A DNA stretch of 64,000 bases from Octopus vulgaris (GCA_951406725.2 OX597822.1:9734001-9798000); one strand, 5' to 3'. Positions 1-11,411 are shown, counted from the first letter of the stretch. Translations and numbers: made by a program. The notes: generated by a model from the sequence alone, not told the origin.

Positions 1-39
1 TAGATAGATATAGATAGATAGATATATAGATAGATAGAT

Positions 40-99
<60 letters not shown>

Positions 100-119
100 A
101 ATAAATAAATAAATAAATA
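1..119. repeat. (TAGA)n followed by (AAAT)n microsatellite
   Basis: Direct reading of the tetranucleotide runs. Confidence 0.95.
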
Positions 120-1080
120 CTGGGATGAATATAGTTTCATTTGTTTAGACATTATACAGGACATTCAATGAAGTCTTTTTGATATGGAGACCACGAAAAT
201 CGTTAAAACATAAATTACTTCGCTGGACTCTTAAAACTTAAAATGAGAATGTGACGTTACTGGGAGAGTGGTATTGACTAGATGGTTTGAACAAAAACAA
301 TAAAACTGAAATGGTAACAACATCAACAACAAATACAGTAGCAACATCATCCACAACAACATTAAGAAACACTTAACACAATAACAACAATATCTAGGTC
401 TATTTACATTTCAATAGTTTTGCGGCACCTAATAACCACATTGTTATGATGTGATCAACTTAAGGAAGAACGGAACGAAAAAGGGGAGATAAATCAATTT
501 CCACTATATGTATTATATCATTATATGTTAAAACGTTGTTTTCTTATCTTTTCTAATCAGCAGGTGCAATATTTGTGACAAAAAAAATAAAAAGCATAAG
601 AGTTAAAAAAAGCACGAAAGAAAACACACCTCTGCGATATTTTTTTTTAATGGACTCATTGTGCTAACATTTGAATAAATAGCGATCGAACGTCTGGTTT
701 AATCTGTAAGTAAAGCTTTCAGCGGCATTAAATTATATGCTTACGAATGATAGAAATTTCACATTAGCGAAATGTAGAAGCCGGGTCACGTGGAAATAGC
801 CAACAGTTTGTTCAAATTATAGCCAACGAATGGTGTTTAATCAATCGGTTTTTGTTTCTATGGTTAATTCACCGAACACGGACAGGCAAACAAGTAGACG
901 TTCACATGCAAACGCACACATACACACACAAGCATACATACAGGTACACACTGGCACGCATACACACACACACACATATGCAGGTATACACAGGCACGCA
1001 CACGCAGACAAAAGTACACACACACACATACAACTATGCACATATGCATGCACACTCTCACATGTACTCATACGCACATA

Positions 1081-1945
1081 TTGGGTCATCCCATAAATAA
1101 TGCGTTTTTTTTCAATTGCATGAACTAAAAGTCGGAAGGGGACGGGATAAACTACCTGCATCAACTTGCTATAAAAGCAGGTAGTAATTTTACCTTGTAC
1201 TTATTCTTAGTGCAACTTTTGAAGAGTGCAGTTCGATTTTAAGAGTTATTTTTTCAAAGTTATAATGAAAGTGGCAAAGGAGTATATTCGGTATGTTCAA
1301 TAAAGGCAACAGCGCCACGGAAAGTGCGAGGAATATTAATGCAGTGGAATATGGGGATCGGACAATAACTATAAGCCAGTGTCAACGGTAATTCCAGAAA
1401 TTTCGAGCCGGAAACTACAGCCTAGAAGAAGAGCCTCGTCCTAAAAGATCTGTAGAGCTCAATGAGGATGTCCTGCAAACCCCGATGGAACAAAATCCCA
1501 TCGTAACTGTTGGGAAACTAGCAGAGAAGCTTGGATTTAGTCATTCAGTCAGTCATTCAAGTCAGTGCTAAAAGGAACACGACTCTCTTTGGTTTCAAGA
1601 CGAAAGATGTTCTTCCATCGGGATAATGCTCAGTGACATACAGTGAGGGTGAAATTCGAAAGGCTGGAGCAGTTTGGATGGGAAGCAATGCCCCACCCAC
1701 CGTATTTGCCGGACATTGCTCCATCTGATTATCATTTATTCCACAATCTTCAAAATCATTTGGACGGAAAAAATATGAATTCTGTAGACGAGGTCAGGAC
1801 AGTACTGAAGGAGTATTTTTCGTCACGGACAAGTGAATTTTGGAAGAGGGGCCTTGCAAGTCTACCTGATAGATTGAAGGGCATTGTAGAAAACAATTTT
1901 AGATTAAAAAAGAAATTTGTTTATTTTAATTTTGAAAAATGAAAG
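1081..1945 (+). mobile_element. Degenerate, internally deleted mariner transposon
   Basis: TA then TIR-like TTGGGTCATCCCATAAATAATGCG at 1081. ATG at 1265 starts a decayed HTH region (MKVAKEYIR...). ORF 1643-1942 has HPPYLPDIAPSDYHLF, the mariner YSPDLAPSD catalytic motif. The right TIR is missing. Confidence 0.9.
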
Positions 1946-1953
1946 TACTTGAA

Positions 1954-2394
1954 TAACCGCGCCAGTTCATACGTACACATGTGCCCTCGCACACCCACGT
2001 GCGTACGCATACGTCACTAGAAAACCGTACACATCTTCACTCGCATCTTTCGCCAAATGTATATGCATATATATACACAAATCCACACACACGCGCGCAC
2101 CGTAAAGGTTCATACATACGTCTACATACGCACAAGCACAAGAAAAAACAGGGTTAAGGGTAACAATACAGAAAAATGGCATAAGGAAGTATAAAAAGAG
2201 TAGACCTCGTTCATATACGGACACAACCTTATGCACGCACATACGGTGCGCGCGTGTATGTGTGGGTTTGTGTATATATATGCATATACATTTGGCGAAA
2301 GATGCGAGTGAAGATGTGTACGGTTTTCTAGTGATGTATGCGTACGCACGTGGGTGTGCGAGCGCACATGTGTACGTATGAACAGGCGCGATTA
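1954..2394. mobile_element. Foldback/MITE-like element with ~150-bp inverted arms
   Basis: 1954-2104 is the near-perfect reverse complement of 2242-2394, with TA at both outer ends and a ~137-bp spacer. Confidence 0.75.
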
Positions 2395-2678
2395 CGCCTT
2401 ACCTTAATTAGCGGTCATTCGAATAGCGCTTTTGTCTAAATAGTGTCAATAACACAGTAATTTCCCTTTGTATAACGGTCATTTTTTTATAGCGTTTTTC
2501 CGATGGCCGGATAACTGAAGAGATGGTGGTGTGGATTTCCACCTCGGCATCCGAAACTCAGAGTTTTACGCTAGAGGAAAGTGCTCTTACTCTCTATTTC
2601 TCTTCCTCTGTCACACACTCAGCTACCCATACACAAACACGCTCAACCTCCACCCGATCACTACTTACCCCTTTCTCC

Positions 2679-2679
<1 letters not shown>

Positions 2680-2710
<31 letters not shown>

Positions 2711-2793
2711 ATAAATATACTATCTATCTATATATATATATATATCTATGTATATGTATATATATGTATATGTATATATATATATGTATATAT

Positions 2794-2864
<71 letters not shown>

Positions 2865-2962
2865 CATATAATAGCAATTTAACAAATAAAACATATGCAT
2901 ACAAACATACATATATATACATACCTACATCTATATGTATATATACATGCATATATATATAT
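2680..2962. repeat. Compound microsatellite (TCTA)n/(TA)n/(TG)n
   Basis: Direct reading. Confidence 0.9.
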
Positions 2963-3464
2963 GAGTACAGGACACCACAAATAAACGTAGAACTCAACGA
3001 GAAACGAAAACATAAAAACAAACAAGGAAACGGACTTTTTTTAACAACGAAAAAACAGGGTACAAGACAAACAATACAAGGAATATTCCCCTTCATCAGC
3101 TGCCCCTGGTTCGACTCAATGCGTGTTTCGAAGGTAAGGGCAGAACACAATCCGGCCGAAACAGTCCTTCCTGCAAATAGAATTAAATAAAATTCTTTTG
3201 CAGAACAGTAAAAAAAGGAAAGAAAACAAGTGACAAGAAAAGGACGTAAAAGCAATACAAATAAAAATACAGTACACATAAAGAATAAAAACAGGACAAG
3301 GAAACCAACATTGAGGGCTTTTTTAAGCCAAGACGGTGGAAAAATTCGTTGGAGCGCAAATTCAGAAAATCGACTGCTAGAGACAGGAGAAGTCGATGTT
3401 GACTTGTTGAAACCTACGAGTTTTTTTTCTTTTTTTTTTTTTAGTATGTGACCCCGTCTATATC

Positions 3465-3645
3465 ACTAGCGATTTTTTTTCCTCTGTCTTCCCTTCTCGG
3501 GATCTTTCCTTCTCCTATGTTTCCGACGAAGAGCTCCGCTCGAAACGTCAAACCCTCCTTCTTCCCTTCTTTCCTGAGCGTCCAATAATACTTTATTTGT
3601 TCCACGTCCTTGCGTTGTTGTCTTTTTGTTTTCTTGTTTGGATTA

Positions 3646-3650
<5 letters not shown>
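3465..3650 (+). mobile_element. Penelope-like pseudo-LTR 3' end with hammerhead motif, abutting (TA)n
   Basis: Homologous to 57682-57890 (minus) and related to 23040-23245 (shared TTCCTGAGCG after the motif). It has a pyrimidine-rich tail running into (TA)n. Confidence 0.6.
3519..3553 (+). ncRNA. Minimal type I hammerhead-like motif (U4C core)
   Basis: GUUU-CCGACGA-A-GAGC-ucc-GCUC-GAAAC-GUC-AAAC: helix I GUUU/AAAC, helix II GAGC/GCUC, loopless palindromic helix III ACGU, GUC site. Confidence 0.6.
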
Positions 3651-3674
<24 letters not shown>

Positions 3675-3677
<3 letters not shown>

Positions 3678-4290
3678 ACATAAGGGACTAAAGCCATCTG
3701 AATATGGCTAGGGACAGGGCAGGGTGGTGGGGGTGTTACTGTTGCATTTAGCCCCAGGCGAACATCGACGTCACCAGAAAGGCTCGACACCGTCACGGTG
3801 CCCTTAACCTGCAAAGGGAGGTAATTCCCCGATGAAGCGGAAACCACACACGGACCATGGTTTCAAGGTGTATTGCCTATCATCGGCGTGTGGTAGGCCT
3901 CCGCTTCCTCGACGAATTCTTACTCTGCAGGATTTTCTTATATAGATTTTCAAGCAAAATACATTTGCTGATTTCGAAAATCTGTTCGAAAGCAATAATA
4001 ATTCTCTAAAAGGGATATAGACAGTAACTGCTCGATAACATAAGGGACTAAAGCCATCTGAATATGGCTAGGGACAGGGCAGGGTGGTGGGGGTGTTACT
4101 GTTGCATTTAGCCCCAGGCGAACATCGACGTCACCAGAAAGGCTCGACACCGTCACGGTGCCCTTAACCTGCAAAGGAGGTAATTCCCCGATGAAGCGGA
4201 AACCACACACGGACCATGGTTTCAAGGTGTATTGCCTATCATCGGCGTGTGGTAGGCCTCCGCTTCCTCGACGAATTCTCACTCTGCAGG
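3675..4290 (-). repeat. Inverted arm (~1.7 units) of the 360-bp hammerhead-containing tandem repeat
   Basis: Reverse complement of the unit in 4285-6266. Hammerhead motifs lie at 3847-3892 and 4206-4251 (minus). It starts directly in (TA)n. Confidence 0.95.
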
Positions 4291-6264
4291 TTAAGGGCAC
4301 CGTGACGGTGTCGAGCCTTTCTGGTGACGTCGATGTTCGCCTGGGGCTAAATGCAACAGTAACACCCCCACCACCATGCCCTGTCCCTAGCCATATTCAG
4401 ATGGCTTTAGTCCCTTATGTTATCGAGCAGTTACTGTCTATATCCCTTTTAGAGAATTATTATTGCTTTCGAACAGATTTTCGAAATCAGCAAATGTATT
4501 TTGCTTGAAAATCTATATAAGAAAATCCTGCAGAGTGAGAATTCGTCGAGGAAGAGGAGGCCTACCACACGCCGATGATAGGCAATACACCTTGAAACCA
4601 TGGTCCGTGTGTGGTTTCCGCTTCATCGGGGAATTACCTCCCTTTGCAGGTTAAGGGCACCGTGACGGTGTCGAGCCTTTCTGGTGACGTCGATGTTCGC
4701 CTGGGGCTAAATGCAACAGTAACACCCCCACCACCCTGCCCTGTCCCTAGCCATATTCAGATGGCTTTAGTCCCTTATATTATCGAGCAGTTACTGTCTA
4801 TATCCCTTTTAGAGAATTATTATTGCTTTCGAACAGATTTTCGAAATCAGCAAATGTATTTTGCTTGAAAATCTATATAAGAAAATCCTGCAGAGTGAGA
4901 ATTCGTCGAGGAAGCGGACGCCTACCACACGCCGATGATAGGCAATACACCTTGAAACCATGGTCCGTGTGTGGTTTCCGCTTCATCGGGGAATTACCTC
5001 CCTTTGCAGGTTAAGGGCACCGTGACGGTGTCGAGCCTTTCTGGTGACGTCGATGTTCGCCTGGGGCTAAATGCAACAGTAACACCCCCACCACCCTGCC
5101 CTGTCCCTAGCCATATTCAGATGGCTTTAGTCCCTTATGTTATCGAGCAGTTACTGTCTATATCCCTTTTAGAGAATTATTATTGCTTTCGAACAGATTT
5201 TCGAAATCAGCAAATGTATTTTGCTTGAAAATCTATATAAGAAAATCCTGCAGAGTGAGAATTCGTCGAGGAAGCGGACGCCTACCACACGCCGATGATA
5301 GGCAATACACCTTGAAACCATGGTCCGTGTGTGGTTTCCGCTTCATCGGGGAATTACCTCCCTTTGCAGGTTAAGGGCACCGTGACGGTGTCGAGCCTTT
5401 CTGGTGACGTCGATGTTCGCCTGGGGCTAAATGCAACAGTAACACCCCCACCACCCTGCCCTGTCCCTAGCCATATTCAGATGGCTTTAGTCCCTTATGT
5501 TATCGAGCAGTTACTGTCTATATCCCTTTTAGAGAATTATTATTGCTTTCGAACAGATTTTCGAAATCAGCAAATGTATTTTGCTTGAAAATCTATATAA
5601 GAAAATCCTGCAGAGTGAGAATTCGTCGAGGAAGCGGACGCCTACCACACGCCGATGATAGGCAATACACCTTGAAACCATGGTCCGTGTGTGGTTTCCG
5701 CTTCATCGGGGAATTACCTCCCTTTGCAGGTTAAGGGCACCGTGACGGTGTCGAGCCTTTCTGGTGACGTCGATGTTCGCCTGGGGCTAAATGCAACAGT
5801 AACACCCCCACCACCCTGCCCTGTCCCTAGCCATATTCAGATGGCTTTAGTCCCTTATGTTATCGAGCAGTTACTGTCTATATCCCTTTTAGAGAATTAT
5901 TATTGCTTTCGAACAGATTTTCGAAATCAGCAAATGTATTTTGCTTGAAAATCTATATAAGAAAATCCTGCAGAGTGAGAATTCGTCGAGGAAGCGGAGG
6001 CCTACCACACGCCGATGATAGGCAATACACCTTGAAACCATGGTCCGTGTGTGGTTTCCGCTTCATCGGGGAATTACCTCCTTTGCAGGTTAAGGGCACC
6101 GTGACGGTGTCGAGCCTTTCTGGTGACGTCGATGTTCGCCTGGGGCTAAATGCAACAGTAACACCCCCACCACCCTGCCCTGTCCCTAGCCATATTCAGA
6201 TGGCTTTAGTCCCTTATGTTATCGAGCAGTTACTGTCTATATCCCTTTTAGAGAATTATTATTG

Positions 6265-6266
<2 letters not shown>
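4285..6266 (+). repeat. 360-bp tandem array (~5.5 units), putative non-LTR retrozyme
   Basis: TGCAGGTTAAGGGCAC recurs at 4285, 4645, 5005, 5365, 5725 and 6084. Units differ by only a few bases. The array ends in (TA)n. Confidence 0.95.
4566..4611 (+). ncRNA. Type I hammerhead ribozyme-like motif (repeated at 4926, 5286, 5646, 6006)
   Basis: CACACG-CCGAUGA-UAGG-caauaca-CCUU-GAAA-CCAUG-GUC-CGUGUG. Helix I is 6 bp and extends by GAAGCGGA/UCCGCUUC (the 5' strand reads GAAGAGGA in this first copy). Helix III is the palindrome ACCAUGGU. Predicted cut after C4605. Confidence 0.75.
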
Positions 6267-6332
<66 letters not shown>

Positions 6333-7760
6333 TCTATATGTGTATATATGGATACATGCATATGTAAATACGTAGACCTATCTCTCTATCTCTCCCTCTG
6401 TCTCTCTATTTCTCTCTGTCTTTCTCTCCCCTTCCCCGCCTTCTCCGTAAAATTTTATTCATATAGATGTCAGATGAAATTTTCTTTCTTAATTCTTAAT
6501 AAATTGCCACATTTTGACTAAATATTAAACTGTAGACGATTAATTGACTGCAATATGAAACCATGCTTCTGCGGCCAATGAGTGAGAAGCAGGCTAAGGG
6601 GAATTACACGTACACACACACTTACATACATACAAAATACACACACACACGTGTGTGTATGTGTGTGTGTATGTATGTATGTATGTGTGTGTGTGTGCGA
6701 AATATATTGCGAGGAGAGGGAGAAAGACACAAAAAAACGAGAGGGAGAGAACGAGAGAGAGAGAGAGAGGTAGAGAGAGGGAGAGAGAAAGAGACACACA
6801 CAGAGAGGGAAAGGAGAAGAGAGAGTGAGAAGTAGAGAGAGACTGATTTTGTGTGCCATGCGTTATAATGTGTCTGTTTCCTGCATCTGTGTGCGTATGT
6901 GTGTATGTATGCGTGCGTGCGAATGCGTGTGTATACGAGTGTGTGTGTGTGCATGCGTGTATGCTTGAATGTGCATGTGTGTCTATGTGAGTGCGAGTGT
7001 GTGTGAGTGTGTGTGTGTGTATGTGTGTGTGTGTGTGTAGGGGAGCGTGCGTATGTGCAAGACACGTTATGAAATGTTGTTTATTAAATATCTGGTTAAA
7101 GTTAAGACTGTAAAACCTATTAGCTAATTTATATTTATGAAAGGTTTCGTAAGTTTACAATTAGCACCACAGGGTAATGGGAAATATGTTATTTAAATAC
7201 ATATGCGTGTATACATTCTCATGGATGTATATTTTATACATCCATGATATTTATTTTTATACGTATGCATGTATGCACATCTATCTACCTATCTATTTAT
7301 CTTTCTATCTATCTATCTATCTATCTATCAATTTATATTTACATACATAAATATATACACTCACAGGTACATACGCACACACGCATATTCACACACACAC
7401 ACACACACATATATATAATAAAATAATGTTATATATATACATATATATATATGCATATAACATATATATATATGCACATTCGCACATACACATATATATT
7501 CGCATACACGCACACATATACACACACATATGTATACACACACTTACATACGTGTTTATGTACGTGTGTGCCTGTGGGTGGGTGCATGTATGTATATATA
7601 AATTTATGCATGTAAATATAAATTTATATGTTAACATACATACATGCATACATATACATATATACATAGACACACACACATGTATGCACGCACGCACACA
7701 CTCACACACACTAACGCACACATGAACACACGCACACGCACACATGCACATAGATATGTT
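6267..7760. repeat. Low-complexity (TA)/(CA)/(GA)/(TG) microsatellite tracts
   Basis: Direct reading. The overlapping HT/VC/ER ORFs are artefacts. Confidence 0.8.
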
Positions 7761-8136
7761 TGTTTATATACACCGCTGGAAACCAGTTTACGTGGAGTCT
7801 CGTGTACTTTTCCAGCGATTGATTGCTGTCGTGTGGCTGTTGACGTTATTATCGTCTTTGACAATGACGATACTTCTGTTGACGATGATGATGTTAATAA
7901 TGTTGTTGGTGATGGCGATGATGATGTGATAATTTATGTCTTCTTGGCTACTGTTGACTGAGCTGATCTACCGTCGATGGCGTACCAGCCGTGACCATCC
8001 TGCTTTTCTTTCCCAGCATTAGTATATCTAGGACTACATCATTCAATGCACCCTACTTTCTTTACTAAAAGACAATAAAAGTAAGATTATAGCGTGTATG
8101 TATGTATGTATGTATGTATGTATGTATGTATGTCAG

Positions 8137-8680
8137 GTCACTTTCGAGTGCTACTGGTAACATGTAACCCAGTACAACTTGTTGCATGGTCGGGCCGTCG
8201 GCGACTAAACCGGCAACCCCAACAAGCTTGCTTGGTGAGGAGGGTGTTTATTGGACACCCTGCGGGATGAAAAACAAAACCCGTGAAAGGGCGGAGGAAC
8301 TCTTGAGAGTCAACGGCCATCCAATAAATGTCTTAAGGCTGTATCTTGCGCAGGGACATAGAAATAATCGGACTGAATACCCGATCGCGCGGTTAAACCA
8401 TTGGGAGTGAAGGACTCCTAGCTTTTGTTAGGGCATCCTTCTCGGAGAAGGTAACTCAGGTAACTGGGATAAATCCGACATAAAACCTCAGTGGTTACCG
8501 ATGATGTTGACTTGTTCTTCTTTTCGGATTATGGCTGCTGTTGCTTAGTGAGTGGGATTGACTCAGTGCACAGCCTTTCCTCACTATAAAAAAAAACTTC
8601 TTGCACAGGCATTGCACGATAACAACGCTGATTAAGCTTCGCGCATTGGCCATACTCGATAACGAGGGGGCAGCCACCAT
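8137..8680 (+). mobile_element. Short RTE-derived non-autonomous element (5' UTR joined to 3' end)
   Basis: Contains TAGGGCATCCTTCTCGGAGAAGGTAACTC, resembling an RTE 5'-UTR motif, and ends CATACTCGATAACGAGGGGGCAGCCACC into TATG repeats. Its 5' part is shared with 9455-9540. Confidence 0.55.
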
Positions 8681-8689
8681 GTATGTGTG

Positions 8690-9143
8690 CTTGTATGTAT
8701 GTATATGTGCAGATTTGCATGTTTTGTTTTATGCATGTATTTTCATGCATATACTTACATATATATACATGCTCATATATATTTAAATGATAAACTTCTG
8801 GAAAGTTTTACAGATTTTTACAGTTCCAGTGATAGCTTGGATCTGTAGTCATCGAATCAGCTTTCTCCCTTCTAGTTTTGAGAAACCTAATTTCTCAAGA
8901 TTGGTATTTAGGCAGTGTGTTAAGATTGGTATTTAGGGAGTGTGTTACATATCCCAGTGCCCCTCTAATTAAATGTATAAACCTGAACTTGTTATATGTA
9001 TAGAGTAACTGCAGATTTCTCAATAGTTCAGAGCATGTATTCTCTTTTTCACTGATTTTCAGCTTTATGTTAACATTCGTTGGGCAGCTGAATTCCACAA
9101 CTGTACAGTTGCTCTTCTCTATCCCAAATCATTATATCAGGTT
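8690..9143 (-). mobile_element. 5'-truncated R4/Dong-like RLE non-LTR retrotransposon 3' end
   Basis: Minus strand reads, with frameshifts, KPDIMIWDREEQ..VVEFSCPTNVNIKLKISEKENTCSELL...GALGYV...TGTVKICKTFQKFII*. This is a PD-(D/E)xK restriction-like endonuclease C-terminus. Flanked by (ATAC)n. Confidence 0.8.
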
Positions 9144-9149
9144 TTATAT

Positions 9150-9377
9150 ATGTATGTATATATGTATGTATGTATGTATGCATGTATGTATGTATGTATG
9201 TATGTATGTATGTATGTATGTATGTATGTATGTATGTATGTATGTATGTGTGTATGTATGTATGTATGTATGTATGTATGTATGTATGTTTGTATGTATG
9301 TATGTATGTATGTACGTACGAACGTACGTACGTACGTATGTATGTATGTATGTATGTTTGGATGGATGAATGGATGG

Positions 9378-9410
<33 letters not shown>

Positions 9411-9440
9411 TGTATGTATGTATGTATGTATGTATGTATA
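9150..9440. repeat. (TATG)n microsatellite
   Basis: Direct reading. Confidence 0.95.
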
Positions 9441-9454
9441 TATGCTTGTGTTAT

Positions 9455-10100
9455 TGGTAACATGTAACCCAGTACAACCTTTAGGATGGTCGGGCCTTCG
9501 GCGACTAATCTGGCAACCCCACCAAGCTTATTTGGTAACGAAAGTGGTTTTCGTTTGGACACAGCAGGACGAAAGCCAAAGCCTGTCAGAAGCATGATCT
9601 CTGGTTTCGCAATGCGGAGGATGTTACTTCCGAAATTCCTTCCACGACGGCAGGGGATTTCAGCCAGTTTTTATCTATGAACCCATTTGATCACTATTTT
9701 ATTCCGGTAGACTCTCATAGCCATTTGATGTTTAAAAACTAGCTTTATAGAAACTTCTTTCAAAATTTCTAGTTTGTTTTTCACACATTAACTTGCAAAG
9801 ATTGAACTATATAAAAGGATGGAGAAAGAAACATGGCAGTTTCTTGCAATACATACCAATACAGACATCTGTATTGAAGGAATTTCTGAAGTAACATCCT
9901 CCGCATTGCGAAACCAGAGATTATAACCTTTGCTTGTTTCTGGACAACTTGGCTTTCTAAGTCAGAGTCTTAGCGATGTTGTGAAAGCTTTTATTGCCAT
10001 TAAATTTCAGTATGGACATTGCAAACAGCTATTATCTTTAACATCTAGGATAAGATAATTCGTCAGGATGATTAGTCATCTCCGAGCTGACAGCCACCTT
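9455..10100 (+). mobile_element. Second RTE-derived element with an internal 45-bp inverted repeat
   Basis: 5' end matches 8155-8240. It ends ...GACAGCCACC before (TATG)n. 9597-9641 is inverted relative to 9877-9921. Confidence 0.45.
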
Positions 10101-10132
10101 GAATATATGTATGAGTTCATGTATGTGTGAGC

Positions 10133-10134
<2 letters not shown>

Positions 10135-10165
<31 letters not shown>

Positions 10166-11410
10166 TGTATGTATGTATGTATGTATGTATGTATGTATGT
10201 ATGTGTGTGTGTGTATGTATGTATGTATGTATGCATGCATGCATGTATGTATGTATGTATGTATGTATGCATGCATGCATGTATGTATGTATGTATATAT
10301 GTATGCATGCATGTATGTATGTATATATGAATGTATGTATGTGTGTATGTATGTATGTATGTATGTATACATGTATGTTTGTATGTATGTATGTATGTAT
10401 GTATGTATGTATGTATGTATGTATGTATGTATGTATGTATGTATGTGCAACAAAGTAGAAAGTTGGAAAGTGTATTGGTATTATTTATCCACCATTACAC
10501 ATGTTTCATTTGCTAATAGGAATTACAGAGTTTTACACGTTAGATAAACATGTGTGGAATTTCCGATTAGAAATTCTTCAGACAGAAAAACAGAATGACA
10601 TTAGCAAATGGAACATGTGTAATAGTTAATAAATAATAATAATAAATTTTCCAACTTCCTGTGTTGTTATACAATAACTCTGTAAAAAATATTTCCAGAA
10701 TTTTCAACTTTAATATGTATTGATGCAGCCACATATTGGATTGTAATAATGGAATAAGCAGATGTGCTTCAAGAGGAAACAGCTGGCATTTTACCCTACC
10801 TATGTACATAATATATGCATGTATATGTGTGTGTATGTATGTATGTATGTATGCATGTATGTATGTATGTATGCGTGTATGTATGCATGTGTGTATGTAT
10901 GTATGTGTGTATGTATGAGTGAATATATGTATGCATGTGTGTATGTATGTATGTATGTATGTATGCATGTATGTATGTATGTATGTATGTGTGTATGTAT
11001 GTATGTATGCATGTATATGTGTATGTATGTATGTGTGTATGTATGTATGTATGTATGTATGTATGTATGTATGTATGTATGTATGCATGTATGTATGTAT
11101 GCATGTATATGTGTATGTATGTATGTATGTATGTATGTATGTATGTATGTATGTATGTATGTATGTATGTATGTATGTATGCATGTATGTATGTATGTAT
11201 GTATGTATGTATGTATGTATGTATGTATGTATGTGTGTATGTATGTATGTGTGTATGTATGTATGTATGTATGTATGTGTATATGTGTATGTATGTATGT
11301 ATGTATGTATGTATATGTGTATGTATGTATGTATGTATGTATGTATATATGTATGTATGTATGTGTGTATGTATGTATGTATATGTGTATGTATGTATGT
11401 ATGTATGCAT
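10135..11410. repeat. Long (TATG)n tracts interrupted by 10448-10800
   Basis: Direct reading. Confidence 0.9.
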
Positions 11411-11411
11411 G

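Noticed and set aside
3085-3170. Permuted hammerhead on the minus strand (CCUUC-GAAAC..GAGUC..CUGAUGA-AGGGG)
   Set aside because: Core pieces are present but the segment between GUC and CUGAUGA cannot form helix I. It is not supportable without a family consensus.
3828-3866. Opposite-polarity hammerhead CCGAUGA-AGCG-GAAAC in the array unit
   Set aside because: Only 4 nt lie between the cores, so there is no helix II, and there is no helix I partner after the putative site. It is explained by the quasi-symmetry of the extended helix I.
3593-6298. Repeated 63/85/116/131-aa ORFs in the 360-bp array
   Set aside because: They have non-ATG starts and no recognisable domain, and single-base indels between units join or break them. 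They are by-products of the repeat.
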